A stretch of 64,000 bases of DNA from a virus (Duplodnaviria; Caudoviricetes): the IMG/VR virus record IMGVR_UViG_3300033076_000897, positions 32,888 through 96,887 of that record; one strand, given 5' to 3'. The translations under genes were made by a program, and so were the position numbers. Of the stretch, positions 1 through 9,528 are shown piece after piece; position 1 is the stretch's first letter, and each line of letters starts with the position of its first letter. The notes beneath the pieces are model-generated. The model was given only the letters and a program-made list of their open reading frames with translations. It made no database searches and was not told where the DNA came from.

Positions 1-339
1 TAAATCTTCTTCGCTTGGTTTTTGACCAGTCAATATAGATTTTAGTGTGTTTTCAAATGATTTTTGATCATCTTCACTCTCAAAAGCTACTTGATCTTTA
101 AAAGAGTCGTAAGTTTTTTGAATCTTATCGGCTTTAACTTGTACAGATTTATTTGCTTTATCCTCGTCTGATGCAGCTTTTACTGTTGTTTTTTTACCAC
201 CTATTAAAATTTCAGTGTCGGGTCGCATTTTATGTTTAGATTTATAAACTAAAAACGCTTCTTTATCTGTAAATTCAACTTCGTTAAGTTGTTGCATTGC
301 AACCGCAAATCTTGTTCTAATATCTCCGTAGGTACTCAT
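1..339 (-). CDS. Hypothetical protein, runs off the window edge (MSTYGDIRTRFAVAMQQLNEVEFTDKEAF...); possible head-cargo protein
   Basis: ATG at 339 overlaps the TAA of the upstream gene (TAATG). The frame is open to position 1. It has an LNE motif near the N-terminus. Not in the ORF track. Confidence 0.7.
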   Translation of the reverse strand, partial: MSTYGDIRTRFAVAMQQLNEVEFTDKEAFLVYKSKHKMRPDTEILIGGKKTTVKAASDEDKANKSVQVKADKIQKTYDSFKDQVAFESEDDQKSFENTLKSILTGQKPSEEDL

Positions 340-2174
340 TATTTGCTAGTGATAAATTGTTCGAATGTTAAAATGCTTTCGGCGGTTGCCATAGAAAGTT
401 CGAGCTTAGATTTTAGCTCATCGTACATGCTGTGTAGTGATCTTGGTGTCAACTTCTTAAAGCTGTTATACTCATCGTTGATCATAGTGTTTCTCACTTG
501 CGTTGCAGAAATATCGTCGTCGCCTCTTTTGATCTCGTGTAAACCGAAATCTGGACGAACGTTTAATTCTTCTCTGTACTTTTGATTGTCAACCATGTAA
601 CCGTAAGCTTTCAATCTATCTGATCCAGTACCCCAAAGAACTGGCTCGTATTTAGGTCTTAGTTGATTGAACATAAGATCGATAGCTGCTGATGGTACAA
701 CGATCACCTCTTTTAAGAAAGGATATTCTTTCTGTACTCTCTTGAACATTTCAATCTGTGTGTCAACGTCGTAAGGTCTTTTTACAGCGTCTTCGGCTTT
801 AGCAGTCTTTGACTTCACTAAGAAGACAACAACCGGGTAACCGTTCTCTTTGTAAAGAGTCTCTAATACTTTAACGTGACCAAGCGTAAATGGTTGGAAT
901 CTACCAACGAAAATATTTACTGGCTGGGCACCTTGATCTTTGTAATCAATTTTTAAGGCTTCGGTAACGTGAGTCACTTCTGTGTCCTTAATCTTTTTTT
1001 GTCTGCTGAAAGAACCGAAGTCCAATACGTCTGTTTCTGTAATCTCTTCCAAAACTTTAGCTTCGATCTTTTTTACAATATCGTTCATCATCGACATCAT
1101 GTCGCTTGAAATAATATCAGTCTCTTTGTTTCTGATCTTTCTGTAAGAACCCAACATGATTTTAAACAATTCAGCTAAGACTGGATTGTCAACATATCTT
1201 AAAGTTTTCTCGTTGGTGATGAACTTAGTGTTCAATTTGAAGTCTTCCCCGTTAGCAAAATCAGCTGGATCAAAACTTGCCCCAATAAACTTGTGAGAAT
1301 TGGCTTTTACATAATCGTTAAAAACGCTAGACATTAGTTCCAAATATCTGGCATCTTGACCTTCAGAATTCAAAACAACTTCGTTAAAATTGTAGCTGCT
1401 TAAATAGGTAGTCAGGTCCAAAATGGTAATTTGGTACATATCACTTGGCTTTCTATCGGATCCACTGGTGATTCTGCGAAAATCTTCAAGCTTATATGAT
1501 TCGTAATCGTGACCATTGACAAACGTAAGAACCAGACCATCAATTTCCGAGTCCAAAGATTCGTTTAGCGTGGTATTGAATGCATCTGGTTTGAACATGT
1601 TGTACATGTATCTGGTAAAGGAATCACCCATGAACTTCTGGCTGAATTCTTTATCGTTCATCGAAAGAACTTTAATCAGATCCTCTCTTGAGTGCTCCAT
1701 CATCATCCCATCAAATAAGATAGGTGGATTTTCAACTTCTAAGATACCTGCCCATTTCTTTAAGACTACAGGGTCGATGATCACTTTTTTGATCTTCTTG
1801 CCGTTCATAACATGAATGTGAGTCAAAACCAAAAAGTTTTTCGGTAATCTGTCGTATTCTATGTCAACTGGCTTTGTGTTAGGTAGGTAATCGAAACCAA
1901 ACTTCCAATCTTCTGGCATTTCATAGAGAGCTTTCTCTGAAATAGACTGCATGTGTTTGATAGCTTTTTCATAGTATTTGATGATTGTTCTGTCAACCAA
2001 ATCCATGGGATCCGCTTGGTTTGACTTGAAATACATCAATTTGTCACCGATTTTCTGACAATGAAAAGCGCTCGCCGAGAGTTTCTCGGTCACCAACACT
2101 CTGGACTTAAGTAACTTCTGAAAATCTTCAGAGTTGCTTTCAGCGAAGTGGTCTCTTAATTTTTTTAATGCCAT
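339..2174 (-). CDS. Two-domain protein: degenerate ATP-dependent ligase-like N-terminal domain plus C-terminal HIGH-motif nucleotidyltransferase (cytidylyltransferase/NMNAT-like)
   Basis: C-terminal FVGRFQPFTLGH (T/HxGH), GTGSDR and DISATQVR motifs. N-terminal TEKLSAS and DGLVL...YKL resemble ligase motifs I/IV/V. Confidence 0.7.
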   Translation of the reverse strand: MALKKLRDHFAESNSEDFQKLLKSRVLVTEKLSASAFHCQKIGDKLMYFKSNQADPMDLVDRTIIKYYEKAIKHMQSISEKALYEMPEDWKFGFDYLPNTKPVDIEYDRLPKNFLVLTHIHVMNGKKIKKVIIDPVVLKKWAGILEVENPPILFDGMMMEHSREDLIKVLSMNDKEFSQKFMGDSFTRYMYNMFKPDAFNTTLNESLDSEIDGLVLTFVNGHDYESYKLEDFRRITSGSDRKPSDMYQITILDLTTYLSSYNFNEVVLNSEGQDARYLELMSSVFNDYVKANSHKFIGASFDPADFANGEDFKLNTKFITNEKTLRYVDNPVLAELFKIMLGSYRKIRNKETDIISSDMMSMMNDIVKKIEAKVLEEITETDVLDFGSFSRQKKIKDTEVTHVTEALKIDYKDQGAQPVNIFVGRFQPFTLGHVKVLETLYKENGYPVVVFLVKSKTAKAEDAVKRPYDVDTQIEMFKRVQKEYPFLKEVIVVPSAAIDLMFNQLRPKYEPVLWGTGSDRLKAYGYMVDNQKYREELNVRPDFGLHEIKRGDDDISATQVRNTMINDEYNSFKKLTPRSLHSMYDELKSKLELSMATAESILTFEQFITSK

Positions 2175-2184
2175 TTTAGTAGTT

Positions 2185-3459
2185 TTATCTTCCGTATTTA
2201 ATGATGCCCATCAATTGATTGATGGCAGCAAATGTACCTGTAAGCTTATATATTTTGCCCTTGTACTTAAAGACCAGACCTTCAGTTGGCATGATTGAAT
2301 CGATGCCACCGATTCTGTTTAATCTGTCAAGTTCCCTTTCAACTTTAGCAATTTGACTAAGGTCACCGTTTGTTTTGATCTTGTCGGCTTCTGTCTTGAT
2401 CTGTGTGTGTAATCTTTGGGCTTCTTGTTGTGGGTTTAGAGCCAATAGGTTTGAAACGTTCTTAAGAATGGTTGATCCCAATTCCAAGAAGATGTCTTCA
2501 AATGGTCTAATGTTTTCTTTTTGTTTACCCTTTAAATCCTCTTTGTCGAATTTATCAAAAGCAGCTTTTTCTTCAGGAGATAGAATCTTAGCCAAGTCTC
2601 TAACGTTTAGAGTCTTCTTGTCTTCGTAGGCCCATCTCAATAGCATGCCTCTTTTAATGTCAGCCGGGACATTGGGGAACATTTTTTCAATCTCCTCTTT
2701 CCACCAGTTTTCGTGATACAAAGAAACTGGATCAGCGTCTTTAAGACCGTATTTTGACTGAAGGGCCACAATTTTACTAATGAAGTAACCTTTCTTTTCG
2801 TCGAAATCTGGAATCTTGCTGATGTTTAGTTCCTGTGGTGGAATGATGGTAAAAGTCTTTTGTACGTGGTTGCTAGTGTCCTGTAAGATCTTTGCAAGAT
2901 CTTTGGCAGCTTTTGCGTTGGTAGTTCCGTCTTCGATGGTAACGATACCGTGAAACTGAATCACGTCTTTGTTGTATGCAATTACGTTTGCGTTGCCTGT
3001 GTAAATAAGCTCCATGTTCATGAAAGCTTTACCGTTTTGGAAGAAATCTTCTTGAGTCTTAGCTGGCAACTTTTGTAAAGAAGCTGCTAAATCTTCAGCG
3101 GCAAATGTAAACGTTTTTCTAACACCATCCGATGGGTGATTAGAGAACATAGAGATGATAGCAGCCAAATCGATAGGGCTTGCAAGCTGTCCTTTGTTTC
3201 TAGCAAACATCACTCTACCGTCGATCATGGTCACAAATAGGTTTTGACCATCTGTTTTTTCGGTAGGGGCCTCTTCAAAGTTAAGATCACCTTGTAGACC
3301 TCTATCGACAAACATTTTAAAGTCACCAAAAGTGAGTGAGTTATCATCGAAAGGGTGCATCATGTGACCTGCAGCACCACCTTCCATAATTAGATCAAAA
3401 GCAGAACCGATGAGATTCTGCTTTTCGATCAAGTATTCTTTAATACTAAATAGTTTCAT
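2185..3459 (-). CDS. ATP-dependent (RNA) ligase-fold nucleotidyltransferase-like protein of large phages
   Basis: EGGAAGHMMHPFD N-terminal motif, TEKTDGQN (KxDGxN motif I), EGLVF (motif IV), YKLTG (motif V). Confidence 0.55.
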   Translation of the reverse strand: MKLFSIKEYLIEKQNLIGSAFDLIMEGGAAGHMMHPFDDNSLTFGDFKMFVDRGLQGDLNFEEAPTEKTDGQNLFVTMIDGRVMFARNKGQLASPIDLAAIISMFSNHPSDGVRKTFTFAAEDLAASLQKLPAKTQEDFFQNGKAFMNMELIYTGNANVIAYNKDVIQFHGIVTIEDGTTNAKAAKDLAKILQDTSNHVQKTFTIIPPQELNISKIPDFDEKKGYFISKIVALQSKYGLKDADPVSLYHENWWKEEIEKMFPNVPADIKRGMLLRWAYEDKKTLNVRDLAKILSPEEKAAFDKFDKEDLKGKQKENIRPFEDIFLELGSTILKNVSNLLALNPQQEAQRLHTQIKTEADKIKTNGDLSQIAKVERELDRLNRIGGIDSIMPTEGLVFKYKGKIYKLTGTFAAINQLMGIIKYGR

Positions 3460-3473
3460 TGTTAGGGTTTATT

Positions 3474-5072
3474 TTATCCTAGACCTGAAGTCAACATTCC
3501 GATTGCAGCTCCAAAGTCTCCGTCAACTTTAGCTACGATACCGTCGATGGTTTCTTTAGCTTTAGCCTCGTCGTAATCTTCTCCGTGTGCTTTCTTTAAA
3601 ACTTCGATTGCATATTCTCTGAATTGCTCTTCAGTTTTAATGTCTTCTTCGTTGATCTCAGTCGCTTCATTCATCTTCTTAGCAGCTAACTTTGAATCCT
3701 TCTTAGCAACGTTGTCTGTATAAGAACCGTCACCCCAGAATGCTACGATAGCGTCTGTATCAGCTGTTGAGTGGAAACCAGGACCAGCGTTGAAAATGTC
3801 TACGAACTGTAAACTCTTATTTGTTTTGATCAAGTCTTTTGCGAAAGACATTGCTTTGTTCTTGTCGTTGAACTTCTTCATGGCTCTAACACCGTCAGAA
3901 TAGTGAACTTCGTATGCTTCGTTTACAGATTCTTTGATACCTAATTCTCTTAGGCTTTTTACTTGCTTTCCTTTTCCTTCACCTGTTTCATCAGCGAACC
4001 ATAAAAGACCAGCTTTGATCAATCTTTCGTAAACTTCAGAAGCAACTAATTCCCACTGGAAAGAACTTGAAGTGTTGTACCAAGTTTCGGCAGCGTACTC
4101 TGGATCGATCCAACCAATACCTCTTTTGATATTAGTTTCCATATCTTTGTAGTCCATTTCGAATTGCTTAACAGCACCTTCGGCAACTACTACTGATTCT
4201 ACTGCCAATTCTAAATCTTTGTCTTTTCCAGCAACAGCTGCATCCAATTCAGCTTCTAAAGCTTTCTTCTTAGCAGTCATTTCTTTTAGATCTGCAAGCA
4301 ATTTTGCTTTAGCATCACCTTCTGCAGCCTTCCATTCGGTTGCTGTTGCAGCCATTTTAGAAGTAATATCAGACCAGTCTTTTTGAATTTTGTTGATTGA
4401 TCTACCTTCGTTAAGGTCTTCGTTGCTTTCGTTAACGCTTTCAAAAACCTTTAACTCTTGATCTTCGTAAGCATCCATGTAGAACCACTTGTTGGTAGCT
4501 TCGTCCCAAATATAAATGTACTCTGCTCCAGCGCTGTTTCTAACCTTTCTAGCAAAATCTTGGATTGCGTCCATTTTACCAGAGTTAACTGAATTGCCTT
4601 TTTCGCCACGGTCTCTTCCGTAGAACATTGTCATTTCGTAATCTGGGTTAGCGAAATCGTTTTTAGGACCCAATTTTTTACCAAGGAAAGAAATACCAGC
4701 CTTACCTAATTTGACTAGCTCTTTTGCTTCTTTACCACCAAAGTGTCTGATCACATCTGCGTTATCACCCATGCTACCATAGTGCAAATAAACTGTAGTG
4801 ATGTTACCTTTTTTATCAGCTACACCGATTTGAGCTCTGGTAGATTCATTGATAGTTAGACTTACGTCAACTGACTCTGCTAATCTAGCAAAGAAAGCGT
4901 TTCTAACTTCTTCATCTAATTCGCTTGGGCTAGCTACACCATACTCTTTTAAAAGTTTGCTGTAAGATTCGATTGATTTGGCTTGACGATCAGCAACCTC
5001 TTTCATTTGCTTAACCTTGGTAGCCTCTTCTCTTAATTGAGAAAACGATTTGAATGTATGGAGTTTTTCCAT
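3474..5072 (-). CDS. Putative internal head protein or modular polyprotein with repeated NE/AE processing-like sites
   Basis: N-terminus MEKLHTFKSFSQLREE. Internal INES, FESVNESNEDLNEG, VVAEG, ESVNEA and MNEATEINEE separate modules. GATATATA motif upstream. Confidence 0.5.
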   Translation of the reverse strand: MEKLHTFKSFSQLREEATKVKQMKEVADRQAKSIESYSKLLKEYGVASPSELDEEVRNAFFARLAESVDVSLTINESTRAQIGVADKKGNITTVYLHYGSMGDNADVIRHFGGKEAKELVKLGKAGISFLGKKLGPKNDFANPDYEMTMFYGRDRGEKGNSVNSGKMDAIQDFARKVRNSAGAEYIYIWDEATNKWFYMDAYEDQELKVFESVNESNEDLNEGRSINKIQKDWSDITSKMAATATEWKAAEGDAKAKLLADLKEMTAKKKALEAELDAAVAGKDKDLELAVESVVVAEGAVKQFEMDYKDMETNIKRGIGWIDPEYAAETWYNTSSSFQWELVASEVYERLIKAGLLWFADETGEGKGKQVKSLRELGIKESVNEAYEVHYSDGVRAMKKFNDKNKAMSFAKDLIKTNKSLQFVDIFNAGPGFHSTADTDAIVAFWGDGSYTDNVAKKDSKLAAKKMNEATEINEEDIKTEEQFREYAIEVLKKAHGEDYDEAKAKETIDGIVAKVDGDFGAAIGMLTSGLG

Positions 5073-5100
5073 TGTTTAAAAATTTTATTTTTGTGTTTTT

Positions 5101-6609
5101 CTATATATCTCCGTCGAACTTCACATGCTTCACGGAGTACTCAAACTTTTGCTCTTTATAGATTGTTATCCTAGCCTTTGAGTGTTTCATAAGGTAATTG
5201 TCCCATTCGCCGTATCTTAGATCGTCAACAAAGTCGATGATGTTTACACTCTCTTTGGACTCGTGCTGTCTTAGACCACGACCAATAGACTGTCTAATGA
5301 TGACTTCGCTTTTGAACGATTCAGTAAAGAAAATGTTGTGAATCTTTTTGATGGAAATACCTGTAGAAAATGTACCGTAAGACGCAACAATAACTACGTC
5401 TTCACCTTGTTCCATTTTTCTTTTATATTCTTCCCTAACTTCGGCATCTGTACTGCCATCGACGTAGTAAACCTTCTTTTCGCTATCTCTGCGTAGCTTC
5501 TCGTATAGCTTTTTACCATGTTCAATGCGGTGAAAAAGGACCAAACTATTGCGTGGTATTCTGGAAATGACGCTACTAATAAAGTTGAGACGAGCTTGGT
5601 TGTTAATGATGTAATTTTGTTCCAGAGAGAAAACATCTTTGCTATCGTATTTATTTGAGGCTAACTCGTAGAAAGCCTTTTTTGCTGATTCAGGAGCATA
5701 GTCCATCTGAATGACCCTAACTTTACAACCAGCAATGTGACCTTCTTGCTGTAAAAAGTTTGCCGTTACTTCACTGATCACAGGACCTGTGAAACTCATT
5801 AGAGTTAATCTGTCCAATGTGCCAGGTTTTGGAATAGTACCAGAAAGACCAAATCTATATTTGGCATTGGTACATTTTTGTAAGATGGTCTTGATTGATG
5901 CTGATTTGGCCTTGTGAGTTTCATCGACCATTACGCAATCGAACTGCTCAAAATATTCTTTGGGCTTTTTAACCAGCGATTGGTAAGTTCCAACTACCAC
6001 GTTTCTATTGGCTTTGATGGCCTGCCCAGAATAGATTTGTTGTACTTTGATGGGTGTTCTGTTTCTGTAATTGTACTCGTCAAAATCCTCAGTGGCTTGA
6101 ACAACCAACGAAACGTTAGGTACAATGAAAAGAATCTTCTTGGCTTTTTCTTTCTCTAACATGTAAGAGATCACCAAGAAACTGATTAGTGTTTTACCAG
6201 CAGAGGTAGCTAATTCAGCCAAACACTTTCTGAATTTTAAGATGTTGAAAGCTGTGTCTATTTGATAGTCACGAGGCTTAATCTTTGAATCTTTATAGTA
6301 ATCGTTAACCCACGCTTCAAACTCTTCCGCTTGTATGGATCTATCAAAGATGCTAGTGATACCGTTCAACCGTAGTTCGAACTTGTACTCCTTGCACATT
6401 TGCATGACTTCTTTCCACAACCCAGCAGGAATCCACTTGTTGTCTTTTACGTAGCAAACGTAACCGTCCCAAAGCTTCTTTTTCACCAATGGGTGAAACC
6501 TCCAGCTCTCGATTCTTCTCGTAAAAGTGATGTTCAATTGTTCTAATTCAAGCTCACTAGCTTCATCGATAGAAAGAAATTGACCATCACCGGTTAATGA
6601 TAGTTCCAC
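5101..6609 (-). CDS. uvsW: T4 UvsW-like SF2 DNA/RNA-DNA helicase
   Basis: PRDYQ, ATSAGKT (Walker A), DETH, GLSGT, ASYGTFSTGISIK and QSIGRGLR motifs; ~500 aa; adjacent to uvsY. Confidence 0.93.
   Translation of the reverse strand: MELSLTGDGQFLSIDEASELELEQLNITFTRRIESWRFHPLVKKKLWDGYVCYVKDNKWIPAGLWKEVMQMCKEYKFELRLNGITSIFDRSIQAEEFEAWVNDYYKDSKIKPRDYQIDTAFNILKFRKCLAELATSAGKTLISFLVISYMLEKEKAKKILFIVPNVSLVVQATEDFDEYNYRNRTPIKVQQIYSGQAIKANRNVVVGTYQSLVKKPKEYFEQFDCVMVDETHKAKSASIKTILQKCTNAKYRFGLSGTIPKPGTLDRLTLMSFTGPVISEVTANFLQQEGHIAGCKVRVIQMDYAPESAKKAFYELASNKYDSKDVFSLEQNYIINNQARLNFISSVISRIPRNSLVLFHRIEHGKKLYEKLRRDSEKKVYYVDGSTDAEVREEYKRKMEQGEDVVIVASYGTFSTGISIKKIHNIFFTESFKSEVIIRQSIGRGLRQHESKESVNIIDFVDDLRYGEWDNYLMKHSKARITIYKEQKFEYSVKHVKFDGDI
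5102..5109 (-). promoter_or_regulatory. Late-promoter-like motif GATATATA. Also at 9441, 10537, 20658, 26837, 34148, 35528, 41371, 46927, 48233, 51825, 57203; AATATATA variants at 31969 and 55403
   Basis: The same octamer recurs a short distance upstream of minus-strand starts, mostly of virion or cargo genes; analogous to the T4 TATAAATA late promoter. Confidence 0.75.
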
Positions 6610-6634
6610 GCCATAAACGTGTGTTTTTTTATCG

Positions 6635-7057
6635 TTACAGGTCTTTTAACGCCAACCTATTTCGAAGGGCAAATCCCATGTTATCTAGGGTTTTTACCGA
6701 TTCTTTATAAAAGTCTAATTGAGTTTCCAATAAACTGATCTTTTGGTGATCCTCTGTCATGTCGGCAATCAAAAATTGCTCCTTTTGTTTATCGGTTAAT
6801 TTGTAGTCGAAGTTGTAGTACTTGATAAAAGCTTCCTTCCACATTACGTCCATTCTGGACTTTTGCTTCTTGATCATAACACTCATTTGTGCTGAGCGAT
6901 CAACTAAGATTTGGCGGTGACTCAGCATTTCTGCCATTAAGTCTTCCAAGCCATTGATGTACTTGATTCTGTCTGCTAACGCCGTGATCTTTTCAGTCCA
7001 CGTACTGCGCTCTCCAGCTAGTTTTTCATCAAGTTCTATTATTTTGCTATTTGACAT
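6635..7057 (-). CDS. uvsY: Putative UvsY-like recombination mediator
   Basis: 140-aa helical protein with C-terminal KTLDNMGFALRN; synteny with uvsW. Confidence 0.65.
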   Translation of the reverse strand: MSNSKIIELDEKLAGERSTWTEKITALADRIKYINGLEDLMAEMLSHRQILVDRSAQMSVMIKKQKSRMDVMWKEAFIKYYNFDYKLTDKQKEQFLIADMTEDHQKISLLETQLDFYKESVKTLDNMGFALRNRLALKDL

Positions 7058-7068
7058 TCAATATTGTA

Positions 7069-7284
7069 TTAAAAGAGAGAATTCTTACTTGGCTTAATGT
7101 ATTTATCAGCCATCCGTTTCTTCGGGTTTTTGGCTTTTTGCGGCACATTAAAGCTTGATCCGCTATAGTTGTACTGTGGTACGTCAAAATTGATCAGCAT
7201 CTTTAGATTCTTGCTATACCTATTTCTGTCGTTATTAAATTCTTCTAATGCGTCGAGCATCGTCTCTTCAAATGTTTTTTTCAT
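7069..7284 (-). CDS. Hypothetical protein
   Basis: 71-aa ORF with ATGA overlap to the primase gene. Confidence 0.6.
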   Translation of the reverse strand: MKKTFEETMLDALEEFNNDRNRYSKNLKMLINFDVPQYNYSGSSFNVPQKAKNPKKRMADKYIKPSKNSLF

Positions 7285-8345
7285 AGGTGATACATGTCAA
7301 AACTAGAATTCGTAAAGTATTCATTGATCCTATTAATGTGACCATTTTTAGTTTCAACACAGTGTTTCACCAGATCGTTAAGATCCTTTATGTATGTATC
7401 TATTTTAGCATCAGCTAAAAACTTGCTCCACATAAAGACATATTTGCCTTTCTTCAGCTTTTCGATCATTTTGGACCTTCCAGCCTCGTCGTTATCCATA
7501 AAGTATCTAACGCTTGGTATCTCGTCGAACTCGTCTGTGTTTCTACCGACGGTTGCGAGTCCTATTGAGTTTCTCATGAACTTGGCATCGATGGGACCCT
7601 CAAACAAAGTAAAGCTACGACCAAAGTCTATGGTCATAATACCGAAAAGGGTTGAGACTCTATTAAGCGATTCTTTTTCTTCAGAAGACATTTCTGGTAA
7701 CTCAAGCCCAAACTCTTCGTACATTTTAGTTAGTTCGTAAGTTAGGTATCGACCTTTGTACTGACCGATGGATCTAGCTTGGTAACCGAGAATTGCGTTA
7801 GTGTTTGGTACTCTATTGATGATCAATAGTTTTTTACCTTTGGGCTGATATAGGAAATCATCGCACATGTTATGCAACATTCTGCCCTTTAAATAGAACC
7901 ATGCAAAATCACCAGGTTCTATCTTCACCGAACCCGTCAAACGCTTGAAATCCTGAATTGGAATAGCCAATTCGGCAGCTTTGATCAATACGTTGTGTTG
8001 AAGAGTTTCGGTTCTAGCGACCTGCATTCTGTTTTCTTTAACGATATCGATCAGTGTTAGTGAGTCCTCACTGGAAGACATTTTAACGCCGAAGTGTTTT
8101 AAGAAAGCATAAATGTCAGTGTGTTCACCGCAGTTGTAACAGTGATATTGAAGGGTGTCCCAAAACAAGTTACCCCTCTTTTTTAAAGCATCGCTGGAAG
8201 AATCGCCGCAAAAAGGACATGCCAGAGACAAACGCCCTGGCATTTCCTTAATCATTTGCTTTTGCGATATTGTGTGTTCTTGAACAACAACCGCCTTGAC
8301 CAACTGACGAATTTTGTCTTTTAAATCGTCATTGATTTTGGTCAT
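7281..8345 (-). CDS. DNA primase (T4 gp61-like)
   Basis: Zn finger CPFCGDS...HCYNC; TOPRIM motifs FEGPIDA and MDNDEAG; KDLND. Confidence 0.92.
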   Translation of the reverse strand: MTKINDDLKDKIRQLVKAVVVQEHTISQKQMIKEMPGRLSLACPFCGDSSSDALKKRGNLFWDTLQYHCYNCGEHTDIYAFLKHFGVKMSSSEDSLTLIDIVKENRMQVARTETLQHNVLIKAAELAIPIQDFKRLTGSVKIEPGDFAWFYLKGRMLHNMCDDFLYQPKGKKLLIINRVPNTNAILGYQARSIGQYKGRYLTYELTKMYEEFGLELPEMSSEEKESLNRVSTLFGIMTIDFGRSFTLFEGPIDAKFMRNSIGLATVGRNTDEFDEIPSVRYFMDNDEAGRSKMIEKLKKGKYVFMWSKFLADAKIDTYIKDLNDLVKHCVETKNGHINRINEYFTNSSFDMYHL

Positions 8346-8346
8346 A

Positions 8347-9282
8347 TTAGATGTCTAAGTCGTTCAAAAATGAATCTAAATCGTCTGAGTCGTCAGCGTT
8401 CACAGAAGTAGCTGAGCTTGCTGATGGAGTTGAGTCCATACCCAAGTCAAAGTCTTCGCTAACTTCGGCTGCAGCTTTTGCTGGGGCAGCTTTCTTACGA
8501 GGAGCTGATGAAGTCAATTCGTCCATTGCTGCTCCGCCTGGTGTCAAATACTGACGAAGAGTTGCGTTAACGAAGTCGCGAGTTTGGTCGTCCCACACTT
8601 GGTATTCGTAAGCTGAAAGGTCTGGAGCTGAAGAGATTTCTTCTTTGATTTTGCCCATGAAATCTGCGTTGCGTTCTGCAGGTTTACCATCAACTGTGAT
8701 AGGTGAACGAGAAGAAGAGAATTTAGATTTATCGTAGTTGTTGTATTCACCTTGACGAGTGATGATCAATTCAAAGTTTTTACCTTCAAAAAGGTCAAAG
8801 ATTTGAGTAGGCTCACCGAAATCAGGTTTCAATTCAGCGTCAATCTTTTCTTTGATTTTGTAACCAAATTTGAAGATCTTGTAGGTACCTTCTAATTCAG
8901 GGTTTTGAGGATCTTTGATGATCTTAATAAGAGCGTAGTACTGCTCACGACGCTTAAGCTTTTCAGAGATCTTACGATCAACAGCTGAATCACTCTTACG
9001 AAGTTTCCAGAAAGCATCAGCAATTGGACACTTCTCGCCGATAGAGGCTGGAGAGTCTACCAATTTACCTTCGCCAGTTGCATCTGTCAACCAGTGAACG
9101 TACTTTTTAACTAATGAGTTGCGTGGATTCTTTGGGTTAGGAACGAAGCGAATAAGTGCTTTGTAGGTTCCGTCTTTACCGTCATCTGCGGTAGGTTTGT
9201 AAACTTCAGTGTTTGAAGTTGTTTGGACTGTGTGGGTATCGACTGCGTCTACGCCCAAGTTAAAAATGTCAAAATCTGCCAT
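8347..9282 (-). CDS. Single-stranded DNA-binding protein (T4 gp32-like)
   Basis: ALIRFVP, CPI, KDPQNPELEG, FKFGYKI and NYDKSKF motifs; acidic C-terminal tail DDLDSFLNDLDI. Confidence 0.92.
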   Translation of the reverse strand: MADFDIFNLGVDAVDTHTVQTTSNTEVYKPTADDGKDGTYKALIRFVPNPKNPRNSLVKKYVHWLTDATGEGKLVDSPASIGEKCPIADAFWKLRKSDSAVDRKISEKLKRREQYYALIKIIKDPQNPELEGTYKIFKFGYKIKEKIDAELKPDFGEPTQIFDLFEGKNFELIITRQGEYNNYDKSKFSSSRSPITVDGKPAERNADFMGKIKEEISSAPDLSAYEYQVWDDQTRDFVNATLRQYLTPGGAAMDELTSSAPRKKAAPAKAAAEVSEDFDLGMDSTPSASSATSVNADDSDDLDSFLNDLDI

Positions 9283-9357
9283 GTCTTTAATTCTTTAAAT
9301 TTGTTAAACTTTTAAAACGTTAATGCCTTAAAATTACTTTTAGTGCGATAACAATAC

Positions 9358-9385
9358 TTATACCGTGTACCCTTACAATGTTTCA
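9358..9385 (-). promoter_or_regulatory. AAAC-N17-TATAA promoter-like motif upstream of gp32
   Basis: TGAAAC-ATTGTAAGGGTACACGG-TATAAG; same spacing at five other sites. Confidence 0.65.
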
Positions 9386-9528
9386 AACTTTTTTAGAAGA
9401 CACTCCGGGATTGGATCCTTTCCTATAAGTTATCACTATCTATATATCTATGAAAAAAATTTACATGAAAGTTGAAACAGTATTTCGCAACTAGCATATA
9501 AGTAATGTCTTTACGCCCAGAGGTAAGA

